Translations under genes and position numbers: made by a program
Notes under the pieces: generated by a model
Database searches by the model: none
What the model was told of the DNA's origin: nothing
The model's input: only the letters and a program-made list of their open reading frames with translations
Shown here: positions 29,201 to 46,183 of the stretch, one piece after another
How the letters are laid out: the number at the start of each line of letters is the position of its first letter
How positions within the stretch are numbered: the first letter of the stretch is position 1
Assembly (NCBI GenBank): GCA_964016885.1
Contig: OZ024744.1
Span: forward strand, 14,384,001 to 14,448,000
Length of the DNA: 64,000 nt
DNA from: Eledone cirrhosa
Taxonomy: Eukaryota
Reading direction: 5' to 3'

Positions 29201-32200
29201 AAGTAATTTCATACTACACCACCACAGTAACGATAGTATACCAAGTAATTTCATACTACACCATCACTACAATATACCAAGTCATTTTATACTACACGAC
29301 CACCTTAGTATACCAAATAATTTCATACTACACCACCACTAGAGTATACCAAGTAATTTCATACTACAGCACCACTAAAGTATAACAATTAATTTCATAC
29401 TACACCACCACTATAATATACCAAGTAATTTCATACTACACGAACACTATAGTATACCAAGTAATTTCATACTACACGAACACTATAGTATACAAAGTAA
29501 TTTCATACTACACCACCACTACAATATACCAAGTAAATTCATACTACACCACCACTACAGTATACCAAGTAATTTCATACTACATCACCACTATAGTATA
29601 CCAAGTAATTTCATACTACAAAATCTATAGCATACCAAAAAATTTCATACTACATCACTACTACAATATACCAAGTAATTTCATACTACACCATCAGAGT
29701 AACTATAGTATACCAAGTAATTTCATACTACACCATCACTACAGCATACCAAGTAATTTCATGCTACACCACCACTACAGTATACCAAGTAATTTCATAC
29801 TACACCACCACTAAAGTATACCAAGTAATTTTATACTACACCACTATTATAATATACCAAGTAATTTCATACTACACCACCACTATAGTATCAACAGTAA
29901 TTTCATACTACACGACCTCTATAGTATACCAAGTAATTTCATACTACACCATCAGAGTAACTATTGTATACCAAGTAATTTCGTACTACACCACCACTAT
30001 AGTATACAAAGTAATTTCATACTACACCACCATTACAATATACCAAGTAAATTCATACTACACCACCACTATAGTATACCAAGTAATTTCATACTACAAA
30101 ATCTATAGTAGACCAAGTAATTTCATACTACACCATCACTACAGCATACCAAGTAATTTCATGCTACACCATCACTACAGTATACCAAGTTATTTCATAC
30201 TACACCACCACTAAAGTATACCAAGTAATTTTATACTACACCACTATTATAATATACCAAGTAATTTCATACTACAACACCACTATAGTATCAACAGTAA
30301 TTTCATACTACACCACCTCTATAGTATACCAAGTAATTTCATACTACACCACTATTATAATATACCAAGTAATTTCATACTACACCACCACTATAGTATA
30401 CAAAGTAATTTCATACTACACCACCACTACAATATACCAAGTAAATTCATACTACACCACCACTACACTATACCAAATAATTTCATAGTACCCCACCACT
30501 ATAGTATACCAAATAATTTATTACTAGATCACCACAGTAACTATAGTATACCAAGTAATTTCATACTACACAAAAACTATAGTGTACCAAGTCATTTGTT
30601 ACTACACTACCACTACAGTATACAAAGTAATGTCATACTAGACCACCACAGTAACTATTGTATACCAAGCTATTTCATACTACAACACCACTATAATGTA
30701 CCAAGTAATTTCATACTACACCACCACAGTAACTATAGTATAACAAGTAATTTCATACTAAAAACTCTATAGTATACTAAATAATTTCATACTACACCGC
30801 CACTACAGTATACCAAGTAATTTCATACTACACCACCACAGTTACTGTAGTATACCAGGTATTTTCATACTAAACCACCACTAGAGTATACCAAGTAATT
30901 TCATAGTACACCACCACTATATTGTACCAAGTAATTTCATACTACACCACCACTATAGTATACCAAGTAATTTCATACTACACTATGACTACATTACACC
31001 AAGTAATTTCATACTACAACACCACTATAGTATACCAAGTAATTTCATAATACACCACAACTATAGTATACCAAGTAATTTCATACTACACCACAACTAT
31101 AGTATACCAAGTAATTTCATAATACACCACAACTATAGTATACCAAGTAATTTCATACAACACCATCACTACACTATACCAAGTAAATTTATACTACACC
31201 TCCACTATAGTATACCAAGTAATTCCATACTACACCACCACTACACTATACCAAGTATTTTCATACTACACCACCACTATAGTATACCAAGTAATTTCCT
31301 ACTCTAGCACCATAGTAACTATAGTATACCAAGTAATTTCATACTACAGCATCACAGTAACTACAGTTTCCCAAGTAATTTCATACTACACCACCACAGT
31401 AACTATAGTATACCAAGTAATATCATACTAAACCACCATTAGATTATACCAAGTAATTTCATACTAAACCACCACTATAATGTACCAAGTAATTTCATAA
31501 TACACCACCACTATAGTTTACAAAGTAATTTCATACTTCAACATCTATAGTATACCAAATAATTTCATACTGCACAACCACTACAATATACCAAATAATT
31601 TCATACTACACCACCACTACACTCTAGCAAGTAATTTCATACTACACAAACACAGTAACTATAGTATATCAAGTAATTTCATACTAAACTACCACTATAG
31701 TATACCCAGCAATTTAACACTACACCACCACTATAGTGTACCAAATATTTTCGTACTACACCACCACTATAGTGTACCAAGTAAATTCCTACTACAGCAC
31801 CATAGTAACTATATTATACCAAGTAAGATCATACTACAGCTCCATAGTAACTATTGTATACCAAGTAATATCATACTACACCACAATAGTAACTATATTA
31901 TACCAAGTAATTTCATACTACACCACCATTATAGTATAACAAGTAATTTCATACTACACCACCCCTACAGCATACCATTTGATTTCATAATACACCAAAA
32001 CTATAGTATACCAAATAATTTCATACTACACCACCACTATAGTATACCAAGTAATTTCATACGACACCACCACTACAGTATACCAAGTAATTTCATACTA
32101 CACCACCAGTGAAGTATACCAAGTAAATTTATACTACACCAACACTAGAGTATAACAATTAATTTCATACTACACCACCACTATAGTATACCAAGTAATT

Positions 32201-35200
32201 TCATACTACACCATTACTATAATATACCAAGTAATTTCATACTACACCACCACTATCGTATACCAAGTAATTTCATACTACAGCACCATAGTAACTATAG
32301 TATACCAAGTATTTTCATACTAAATGACCACCACTATAGTATACCAAGTAATTTCATACTACACGACTACTATAATGTACCAAGTAATTTCATACTACAC
32401 CACCACTATAGTATACCAAGTAGTTTCATACTACACCAGCACTATAGTAAACCAAGTAATTTAATACTACACCACCACTAGAGTATACCAACTAATTTCA
32501 TACTACACCACCACTAAAGTATACCAAGTAATTTCATACTACACAAGCACAGTAACTACAGTTTACCAAGTAATTTCATACTACACCACCACTGTAGTAT
32601 ACCAAGTAATTTCATACTACAAAATCTATACTAAACCAAATAATTTCATACTGCACAACCACTACAATATACCAAATAATTTCATACTGCACAACCACTA
32701 CAATATACCATGTAATGTGATACTACAGCACCACAGTACCTATAGTATACCAAGTAATTTCTGTATACACCACCACTATAATATACCAAGTAAGCTCCTA
32801 CTACAGCTCCATAGTAACTATAGTATAGCAAGTAATATCATACTACAGAACCATAGTAACTATTGTATACCAAGTAATTTTATACTACACCATCACTACA
32901 GTATACCGAGTAATTTCATACTGCACCACCACTACAGTATACCAAATAATTTCATAATACACCACCACTATAGTATACCGAGTAATTTCATACTACACCA
33001 CCACTATAGTATACCAAGTAATTTCATACTACACCATCACTACAGTATACCTAGTAATTTCATACTACACCACCACTACAGTATACCAAATAATTTCATA
33101 ATACACCACCACTATAGTATACCGAGTAATTTCATACTACACCACCACTATAGTATACCGAGTAATTTCATACTACACCACCACTACAGTATACCAATTA
33201 ATTTCATACTACACCACCACAGTAACTATAGTATACAAAGTAATTTCATACTAAACCACCACTGTAGTATACCAAATAATTTTATACTAAACCACCAATC
33301 TAATGTACCAAGTAATTTCATACTACACCACCAATATAGTATACAAATAATTTCATACTACACCACCACTATAGTATACCAAATAATTTCATACTAAACC
33401 ACCACTATAGTATACCAATAATTTCATACTACGTCCACCACTACAGTATACCAAGTAATTTCCTACTACACCACCACCATAGTATACGAAGTAATTTCAT
33501 ACTACACGACAACAGTAACTACAGTATACCAATTAATTTCATACTACACCACCACTATAGTATACCACATAATTTCATACTACACCACCACTACAGTATA
33601 CCAATTAATTTCATACTAGACCTCCACTACAGTATACCAATCAATTTAATACTACACCACCACAGTAACTATAGTATACCAAGTAATTTCATACTACACC
33701 ACTAGTATCGTATACCAAGTAATTTCATACTACAACACCACTATAGTATATCAAGTAATTTCATACTACACCACCAATATAATGTACCAAGAAATTTCAT
33801 ACTACACCACCACTATAGTATACCAAGTAATTTCATACTACACCACCACTACAGTATACCAAGTAATTTCATACTACAACACCACTCTAGTATACCAAGT
33901 AATTTCATACTACACCACCACAGTAACTATAGTATACCAAGTAATTTCAGAATACACCACTACTACAGTATACCAAGTAATTTTATACTACACCGCCACT
34001 ATAGTATGACAAGTAATTTCATACTAAACCACCACTATAATATAACAAGTAATTTCATACTACACCACCACTATAGTATACCAAGTAATTTCATACTACA
34101 CCACCACTATAGTATACCAAGTAATTTCATACTACACCACCACTATAGTATACCAAGTAATTTCATACTACACCACCACTATAGTATACCAAGTAATTTC
34201 ATACTACAACACCATAGTAACTATAGTATAACAAGAAATTTCGTACTACACCACCACTATAGTATGACAAGTAATTTCATACTACACCACCACTATAACA
34301 AGTAATTTCATACTACACCACCACTATAGTATACCAAGTAATTTCATACTACACCACCACTATAGTATACCAAGTAATTTCATACTACAACACCACTCTA
34401 GTATACCAAGTAATTTCATACTACACCACCACAGTAACTATAGTATACCAAGTAATTTCAGAATACACCACCACTACAGTATACCAAGTAATTTTATACT
34501 ACACCACCACTATAGTATGCCAAGAAATTTCATACTACACCACCACTATAGTATGACAAGTAATTCCATACTACACCACCACTATAATATAACAAGTAAT
34601 TTCATAGTACACCACCACTACAGTATACCAATTAATTTCATACTACACCACCACAGTAACTATAGTATACAAAGTAATTTCATACTAAACCACCACTGTA
34701 GTATACCAAATAATTTTATACTAAACCACCAATCTAATGTACCAAGTAATTTCATACTACACCACCAATATAGTATACAAATAATTTCATACTACACCAC
34801 CACTATAGTATACCAAATAATTTCATACTAAACCACCACTATAGTATACCAATAATTTCATACTACGTCCACCACTACAGTATACCAAGTAATTTCCTAC
34901 TACACCACCACTATAGTATACCACATAATTTCATACTACACCTCCACTATAGTATACCACATAATTTCATACTACACCACCACTACAGTATACCAATTAA
35001 TTTCATACTACACCACCACTATAGCATACCACATAATTTCATACTACACCACCACTACAGTATACCAATTAATTTCATACTAGACCTCCACTACAGTATA
35101 CCAATTAATTTAATACTACACCACCACAGTAACTATAGTATACCAAGTAATTTCATACTACACCACTAGTATCGTATACCAAGTAATTTCATACTACACC

Positions 35201-38200
35201 ACCACTACACTATATCAAGTAATTTCATACTACACCACCACTATAGTATACCAAGTAATTTCATACTACACCATTACTATAATATACCAAGTAATTTCAT
35301 ACTACACCACCACTATCGTATACCAAGTAATTTCATACTACAGCATCAGAGTAACTATAGTATACCAAGTATAATCATACTACAGCACCATGGTAACTAT
35401 AGTATACCAAGTATTTTCATACTAAATGACCACCACTATAGTATACCAAGTAATTTCATACTACACGACTACTATAATGTACCAAGTAATTTCATACTAC
35501 ACCATCACTATAGTATATCAAGTAATTTCATACTACACCACAACTATAGTATACCAAGTAATGTCATACTACACTACACTACAGTATACCAATTAATTTC
35601 ATACTACAAAACCATTATAGGATACCAAATAATTTCATACTACAACACCACTATAGTATACCAAGTAGTTTCATACTACACCAGCACTATAGTAAACCAA
35701 GTAATTTAATACTACACCACCACTAGAGGATACCAACTAATTTCATACTACACCACCACTAAAGTATACCAAGTAATTTCATACTACACCAGCACAGTAA
35801 CTACAGTTTACCAAGTAATTTCATACTACACCACCACTGTAGTATACCAAGTAATTTCATACTACAAAATCTATAGTAAACCAAATAATTTCATACTGCA
35901 CAACCACTACAATATACCAAATAATTTCATACTGCACAACCACTACAATATACCAAGTAATGTCATACTACAGCACCACAGTACCTATAGTATACCAAGT
36001 AATTTCTGTATACACCACCACAATAATATACCAAGTAAGCTCCTACTACAGCTCCATAGTAACTATAGTATAGCAAGTAATATCATACTACAGAACCATA
36101 GTAACTATTGTATACCAAGTAATTTCATACTACACCATCACTACAGTATACCGAGTAATTTCATACTACACCACCACTACAGTATACCAAATAATTTCAT
36201 AATACACCACCACTATAGTATACCGAGTAATTTCATACTACACCACCACTATAGTATACCAAGTAATTTCATACTACACCATCACTACAGTATACCGAGT
36301 AATTTCATACTACACCACCACTACAGTATACCAAATAATTTCATAATACACCACCACTATAGTATACCGAGAAATTTCATACTACACCACCACTATAGTA
36401 TACCGAGTAATTTCATACTACACCACCACTACAGTATACCAATTAATTTCATACTACACCACCACAGTAACTATAGTATACAAAGTAATTTCATACTAAA
36501 CCACCACTGTAATATACCAAATAATTTTATACTAAACCTCCAATCTAATGTACCAAGTAATTTCATACTACACCACCAATATAGTATACAAATAATTTCA
36601 TACTACACCACCACTATAGTATACCAAATAATTTCATACTAAACCACCACTATAGTATACCAATAATTTCATACTACGTCCACCACTACAGTATACCAAG
36701 TAATTTCCTACTACACCACCACTATAGTATATGAAGTAATTTCATACTACACGACAACAGTAACTACAGTATACCAATTAATTTCATACTACACCACCAC
36801 TATAGTATACCACATAATTTCATACTACACCACCACTACAGTATACCAATTAATTTCATACTAGACCTCCACTACAGTATACCAATTAATTTAATACTAC
36901 ACCACCACAGTAACTATAGTATACCAAGTAATTTCATACTACACCACTAGTATCGTATACCAAGTAATTTCATACTACAACACCACTATAGTATATCAAG
37001 TAATTTCATACTACACCACCAATATAATGTACCAAGTAATTTCATACTACACCACCACTATAGTATACCAAGTAATTTCATACTACACCACCACTATAGT
37101 ATACCAAGTAATTTCATACTACAACACCACTCTAGTATACCAAGTAATTTCATACTACACCACCACAGTAACTATAGTATACCAAGTAATTTCAGAATAC
37201 ACCATCACTACAGTATACCAAGTAATTTTATACTACACCACCACTATAGTATGACAAGTAATTTCATACTACACCACCACTATAATATAACAAGTAATTT
37301 CATACTACACCACCACTATAGTATACCAAGTAATTTCATACTACACCACCACTATAGTATACCAAGTAATTTCATACTACACCACCACTATAGTATACCA
37401 AGTAATTTCATACTACAACACCATAGTAACTATAGTATAACAAGAAATTTCATACTACACCACCACTATAGTATGACAAGTAATTTCATACTACACCACG
37501 ACTATAATATAACAAGTAATTTCATACTACACCACCACTATAGTATACCAAGTAATTTCATACTACACCACCACTATAGTATACCAAGTAATTTCATACT
37601 ACAACACCACTCTAGTATACCAAGTAATTTCATACTACACCACCACAGTAACTATAGTATAGCAAGTAATTTCAGAATACACCACCACTACAGTATACCA
37701 AGTAATTTTATACTACACCACCATTATAGTATGCCAAGAAATTTCATACTACACCACCACTATAGTATGACAAGTAATTCCATACTACACCACCACTATA
37801 GTATACCAAGTAATTTCATACTACACCACCACTATAGTATACCAAGTAATTTCATACTACACCACCATAGTAACTACAGTTTACCAAGTAATTTCATACT
37901 ACACCACCACTACAGTATACCAAGTAATATCAAACTACACCACCAGGTTAACTATAGGATACCACGTAATTTCATACTACACCACCACTAGAGTATACCA
38001 GGTAATTTCATACTACACCACCACTATTGTATACCAAGTAATTTAATACTACAAAATCTATAGTATACCAAATAATTTCATGCTACAGCACCACTACAGT
38101 ATACCAAGTAATTTCATACTACACCATCACTACAGTATGCCAAGTAATTTCATACTACACCACCACTACACTATACCAAGTAATTTCATACTACACCACC

Positions 38201-41200
38201 ACTAAAGCATGACAATTAATTTCATACTACACCACCACTATAGTATACCAAGTAATTTCATACTGCACTACGACAATAATATACCAAGTAATTTTATACT
38301 ACACTACCACAGTAACTATAGTATACCAAATAATTTCATACTACACCACCACTATAGTATACCAAGTAATTTCATACTACACCACCACTACAGTATACCA
38401 AGTAAATTCATATTACACCACCACTAGACTATACCAAATAATTTTATAATACACCACCACTATAGTATACCAAATAATTTCATACTACACCACCACTATA
38501 GTATACCAAGTAATTTCATACTACACCACCACTACAGTATACCTAGTAAATTCATATTACACCACCACAACTCTATACCAAATAATTTCATACTACACCA
38601 CCACTATATTATACCAAGTAATTTCATACTACACCACAACTATAGTATACCAAGTAATTTCATAATACACCACAACTATAGTATACCAAGTAATTTCATA
38701 CAACACCATCACTAAACTATACCATGTAATTTCATACTACACCACAACTATAGTAGACCAAGTAATTTCATACTACAAAATCTATAGTATACCAAATAAT
38801 TTCATACTAAAACACCACTAGAGTATACCAGGTAATTTCATACTACACCACCACTATAATGTACCAAGTAATTTCATACTACACCACCACAATAGTATAC
38901 CAAGTAATTTCATACTACACCATCACTACAGTATACCAAGTAATTTCATACTACACCACCACTATTGTATACCAAGTAATTTCATACTACAAAATCTATA
39001 GTATACCAAATAATTTCATACTACAGCACCACTACAATATACCAAGTAATTTCATACTACACCTCCACAGTAACTATAGTATACCAAGTATTTTCATACT
39101 AAACCACCACTATAGTATACCAAGTAATTTCATACTACAAAATCTATAGTATACCAAATACTTTCGTACTACAGCACCAAGTAATTTCATACTACACCAC
39201 CACAGTAACGATAGTATACCAAGTAATTTCATACTACACCATCACTACAATATACCAAGTCATTTTATACTACACGACCACCTTAGTATACCAAATAATT
39301 TCATACTACACCACCACTAGAGTATACCAAGTAATTTCATACTACAGCACCACTAAAGTATAACAATTAATTTCATACTACACCACCACTATAATATACC
39401 AAGTAATTTCATACTACACGAACACTATAGTATACCAAGTAATTTCATACTACACGAACACTATAGTATACAAAGTAATTTCATACTACACCACCACTAC
39501 AATATACCAAGTAAATTCATACTACACCACCACTACAGTATACCAAGTAATTTCATACTACATCACCACTATAGTATACCAAGTAATTTCATACTACAAA
39601 ATCTATAGCATACCAAAAAATTTCATACTACATCACTACTACAATATACCAAGTAATTTCATGCTACACCATCACTACAGCATACCAAGTAATTTCATGC
39701 TACACCACCACTACAGTATACCAAGTAATTTCATACTACACCACCACTAAAGTATACCAAGTAATTTTATACTACACCACTATTATAATATACCAAGTAA
39801 TTTCATACTACACCACCACTATAGTATCAACAGTAATTTCATACTACACGACCTCTATAGTATACCAAGTAATTTTATACTACACCACTATTATAATATA
39901 CCAAGTAATTTCATACTACACCACCACTATAGTATACAAAGTAATTTCATACTACACCACCACTATAGTATACCAAGTAATTTCATACTACACCACCACT
40001 ATAGTATACCAAGTAATTTCATACTACAAAATCTATAGTATACCAAATAATTTCATTCTACATCACTACTACAATATACCAAGTAATTTCATACTACACC
40101 ATCAGAGTAACTATAGTATACCAAGTAATTTCGTACTACACCACCACTATAGTATACAAAGTAATTTCATACTACACCACCACTACAATATACCAAGTAA
40201 ATTCATACTACACCACCACTATAGTATACCAAGTAATTTCATACTACAAAATCTATAGTATACCATGTAATTTCATACTACACCATCACTACAGCATACC
40301 AAGTAATTTCATGCTACACCATCACTACAGTATACCAAGTTATTTCATACTACACCACCACTAAAGTATACCAAGTAATTTTATACTACACCACTATTAT
40401 ACTATACCAAGTAATTTCATACTACACCACCACTATAGTATCAACAGTAATTTCATACTACACCACCTCTATAGTATACCAAGTAATTTCATACTACACC
40501 ACTATTATAATATACCAAGTAATTTCATACTACACCACCACTATAGTATCAACAGTAATTTCATACTACACCACCTCTATAGTATACCAAGTAATTTCAT
40601 ACTACACCACTATTATAATATACCAAGTAATTTCATACTACACTACCACTATAGTATACAAAATAATTTCATACTACACCACCACTACAGTATACCAAGT
40701 AAATTCATACTACACCACCACTACACTATACCAAATAATTTCATAGTACCCCACCACTATAGTATACCAAATAATTTATTACTAGATCACCACAGTAACT
40801 ATAGTATACCAAGTAATTTCATACTACACAACAACTATAGTGTACCAAGTCATTTGTTACTACACTACCACTACAGTATACAAAGTAATGTCATACTAGA
40901 CCACCACAGTAACTATTGTATACCAAGCTATTTCATACTACAACACCACTATAATGTACCAAGTAATTTCATACTACACCACCACAGTAACTATAGTATA
41001 ACAAGTAATTTCATACTAAAAACTCTATAGTATACTAAATAATTTCATACTACACCGCCACTACAGTATACCAAGTAATTTCATACTACACCACCACAGT
41101 TACTGTAGTATACCAGGTATTTTCATACTAAACCACCACTAGAGTATACCAAGTAATTTCATACTACACCACCACTATAGTATACCAAGTAATTTCATAC

Positions 41201-44200
41201 TACACTATGACTACATTACACCAAGTAATTTCATACTACAACACCACTGTAGTATACCAAGTAATTTCATAATACACCACAACTATAGTATACCAAGTAA
41301 TTTCATACTACACCACAACTATAGTATACCAAGTAATTTCATAATACACCACAACTATAGTATACCAAGTAATTTCATACAACACCATCACTACACTATA
41401 CCAAGTAAATTTATACTACACCTCCACTATAGTATACCAAGTAATTCCATACTACACCACCACTACACTATACCAAGTATTTTCATACTACACCACCACT
41501 ATAGTATACCAAGTAATTTCCTACTCTAGCACCATAGTAACTATAGTATACCAAGTAATTTCATACTACAGCATCACAGTAACTACAGTTTCCCAAGTAA
41601 TTTCATACTACACCACCACAGTAACTATAGTATACCAAGTAATATCATACTAAACCACCATTAGATTATACCAAGTAATTTCATACTAAACCACCACTAT
41701 AATGTACCAAGTAATTTCATAATACACCACCACTATAGTTTACAAAGTAATTTCATACTTCAACATCTATAGTATACCAAATAATTTCATACTGCACAAC
41801 CACTACAATATACCAAATAATTTCATACTACACCACCACTACACTCTAGCAAGTAATTTCATACTACACAAACACAGTAACTATAGTATATCAAGTAATT
41901 TCATACTAAACTACCACTATAGTATACCCAGCAATTTAACACTACACCACCACTATAGTGTACCAAATATTTTCGTACTACACCACCACTATAGTGTACC
42001 AAGTAAATTCCTACTACAGCACCATAGTAACTATATTATACCAAGTAAGATCATACTACAGCTCCATAGTAACTATTGTATACCAAGTAATATCATACTA
42101 CACCACAATAGTAACTATATTATACCAAGTAATTGCATACTACACCACCATTATAGTATAACAAGTAATTTCATACTACACCACCCCTACAGCATACCAT
42201 TTGATTTCATAATACACCAAAACTATAGTATGCCAAATAATTTCATACTACACCACCACTATAGTATACCAAGTAATTTCATACGACACCACCACTACAG
42301 TATACCAAGTAATTTCATACTACACCACCAGTGAAGTATACCAAGTAAATTTATACTACACCAACACTAGAGTATAACAATTAATTTCATACTACACCAC
42401 CACTATAGTATACCAAGTAATTTCATACTACACCATTACTATAATATACCAAGTAATTTCATACTACACCACCACTATCGTATACCAAGTAATTTCATAC
42501 TACAGCATCAGAGTAACTATAGTATACCAAGTATAATCATACTACAGCACCATAGTAACTATAGTATACCAAGTATTTTCATACTAAATGACCACCACTA
42601 TAGTATACCAAGTAATTTCATACTACACGACTACTATAATGTACCAAGTAATTTCATACTACACCACCACTATAGTATATAAAGTAATTTCATACTACAC
42701 CACAACTATAGTATACCAAGTAATGTCATACTACACTACACTACAGTATACCAATTAATTTCATACTACAAAACCATTATAGGATACCAAATAATTTCAT
42801 ACTACAACACCACTGTAGTATACCAAGTAGTTTCATACTACACCAGCACTATAGTAAACCAAGTAATTTAATACTACACCACCACTAGAGTATACCAACT
42901 AATTTCATACTACACCACCACTAAAGTATACCAAGTAATTTCATACTACACCAGCACAGTAACTACAGTTTACCAAGTAATTTCATACTACACCACCACT
43001 GTAGTATACCAAGTAATTTCATACTACAAAATCTATACTAAACCAAATAATTTCATACTGCACAACCACTACAATATACCAAATAATTTCATACTGCACA
43101 ACCACTACAATATACCAAGTAATGTGATACTACAGCACCACAGTACCTATAGTATACCAAGTAATTTCTGTATACACCACCACTATAATATACCAAGTAA
43201 GCTCCTACTACAGCTCCATAGTAACTATAGTATAGCAAGTAATATCATACTACAGAACCATAGTAACTATTGTATACCAAGTAATTTCATACTACACCAT
43301 CACTACAGTATACCGAGTAATTTCATACTACACCACCACTACAGTATACCAAATAATTTCATAATACACCACCACTATAGTATACCGAGTAATTTCATAC
43401 TACACCACCACTATAGTATACCGAGTAATTTCATACTACACCACCACTACAGTATACCAATTAATTTCATACTACACCACCACAGTAACTATAGTATACA
43501 AAGTAATTTCATACTAAACCACCACTGTAGTATACCAAATAATTTTATACTAAACCACCAATCTAATGTACCAAGTAATTTCATACTACACCACCAATAT
43601 AGTATACAAATAATTTCATACTACACCACCACTATAGTATACCAAATAATTTCATACTAAACCACCACTATAGTATACCAATAATTTCATACTACGTCCA
43701 CCACTACAGTATACCAAGTAATTTCCTACTACACCACCACCATAGTATACGAAGTAATTTCATACTACACGACAACAGTAACTACAGTATACCAATTAAT
43801 TTCATACTACACCACCACTATAGTATACCACATAATTTCATACTACACCACCACTACAGTATACCAATTAATTTCATACTAGACCTCCACTACAGTATAC
43901 CAATTAATTTAATACTACACCACCACAGTAACTATAGTATACCAAGTAATTTCATACTACACCACTAGTATCGTATACCAAGTAATTTCATACTACAACA
44001 CCACTATAGTATATCAAGTAATTTCATACTACACCACCAATATAATGTACCAAGTAATTTCATACTACACCACCACTATAGTATACCAAGTAATTTCATA
44101 CTACACCACCACTGTAGTATACCAAGTAATTTCATACTACAACACCATAGTAACTATAGTATAACAAGAAATTTCATACTACACCACCACTATAGTATGA

Positions 44201-46124
44201 CAAGTAATTTCATACTACACCACGACTATAATATAACAAGTAATTTCATACTACACCACCACTATAGTATACCAAGTAATTTCATACTACACCACCACTA
44301 TAGTATACCAAGTAATTTCATACTACAACACCACTCTAGTATACCAAGTAATTTCATACTACACCACCACAGTAACTATAGTATACCAAGTAATTTCAGA
44401 ATACACCACCACTACAGTATACCAAGTAATTTTATACTACACCACCACTATAGTATGCCAAGTAATTCCATACTACACCACCACTATAGTATACCAAGTA
44501 ATTTCATACTACACCACCACTATAGTATACCAAGTAATTTCATACTACACCACCATAGTAACTACAGTTTACCAAGTAATTTCATACTACAAGTATATCG
44601 AAAGTATATCAAATAATTTCATACTAGACCACCACTACAGTATACCAAGTATTTTCATACTAAACCACCACTATAGTATACCAAGTAATTTCATACTACA
44701 CCATCACTATAGTATACCAAATAATTTCATACTACACCACCAATAGAGTATACCAAGTAATATCAAACTACACCACCAGGGTAACTATTGGATACCAAGT
44801 AATTTCATACTACACGACCACCATAGTATACCAAGTAATATCATACTACACCACCACTTTATTATACCAAGTAATTTCATACTACACCACCACTACAGTA
44901 TACCAAGTAATATCAAACTACACCACCAGGTTAACTATAGGATACCAAGTAATTTCATACTACACCACAACTATAGTATACCAGGTAATTTCATACTACA
45001 CCATAACTATAGTATAACAAATAATTTGATACTACACCACCACTACAGTATAACAAGTAATTTCATGCTACACCAACACCATAGTATACCAAGTAAGTTC
45101 CTACTACAGCAGCATAGTAACTATAGTATACCAAGTAATATCATACTATAGCATCATAGTAACTATAGTATACCAAGTAATTTCATACTACATCACCACT
45201 ATAGAATACAAAGCAATTTCATACTACACCACCACTATAGTATACCAAGTAATTTCATACTACACCATCTCTACATTATACCAATTGATTTCATACTACA
45301 CCACCACTATAGTATACCAAGTAATTTCATACTACACCATCTCTACATTATACCAATTGATTTCATATAACACAACAACTATAGTGTACCAAATAATTGC
45401 ATAATACACCACCACTATAGTATACCAAGTAATTTAATAATACATCACCACTACAGTATACCAAGTAATTTCATACTACGATACCATTATAGTATACCAA
45501 ATAAATTCATACTACACCACCACTATCGTATACCAAGTAATTTCATACTACAGCATCATAGTAAATATTGTATACCAAGTGATATCAATCTACAACACCA
45601 TAGTAACTATAGTATAACAATTAATATCATACTACAGCACCACTATAATTTATGAAGTAATTTAATACAACACCATCACTATAGTATACCAAGTATTTTC
45701 ATACTAAAAAATCTATAGTATACCAAATAATTTCATCCAACATCACCAATACAATATACCAAGTAATTTCATACTACACCACCACAGTAACTAAAATATA
45801 CCAAGTATTTTCATAATACACCACCACTACACTATATCAAGTAATTTCATACAACAACACCACTATAGTATACCAAGTAATTTCATACTACACCACCACA
45901 GCAACTATAGTATATCAAGTAATTTCATAATACACCACTACGATAGTTCCTACTACAGCACCATAGTAACTATAGCATACCAAGTAATATCATACTACAG
46001 CATCATAGTAACTATAGTATACCTAGTAATTTTATACTACACCACCACTATAGAATACAAAGTAATTTCATACTACACCACCACTATAGTATACCAAGTA
46101 ATTTCATACTACACCACCACTACT
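20296..46124. repeat. Satellite C: 36-bp tandem repeat with 42-bp and 34-bp monomer variants, ~25.8 kb
   Basis: Consensus ACTACACCACCACTATAGTATACCAAGTAATTTCAT (36 nt; matches the 12-aa periodicity HHHYSIPSNFIL / YYTTTIVYQVIS in the ORF track). The 42-mer contains CAGCACCATAGTAACTATAG; the 34-mer contains ACTACAAAATCTATAG. Confidence 0.99.
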
Positions 46125-46183
46125 GGAATGATGTGTTCCTGTGATGTTATATAATCTATAACATCAGAGGAACACATCATTCC
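46125..46183. other. Fold-back inverted repeat (27-bp arms, 5-nt loop, 1 mismatch) at the satellite C/D junction
   Basis: GGAATGATGTGTTCCTGTGATGTTATA (46125-46151) - TAATC - TATAACATCAGAGGAACACATCATTCC (46157-46183). The arms are reverse complements except at one position. Confidence 0.93.

Noticed and set aside
21110-44616. His-rich (HHHYSIPSNFIL)n and (YYTTTIVYQVIS)n ORFs as a structural or metal-binding protein
   Set aside because: These result from a 36-bp period. Frames are repeatedly broken by stops and 34-bp monomers, the longest is 246 aa, and there is no unique N- or C-terminus or signal peptide.
1-46124. Hammerhead ribozyme in satellite monomers, as in newt or schistosome satellites
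   Set aside because: No CTGANGA...GAAA core with compatible stems on either strand of the consensus monomers.
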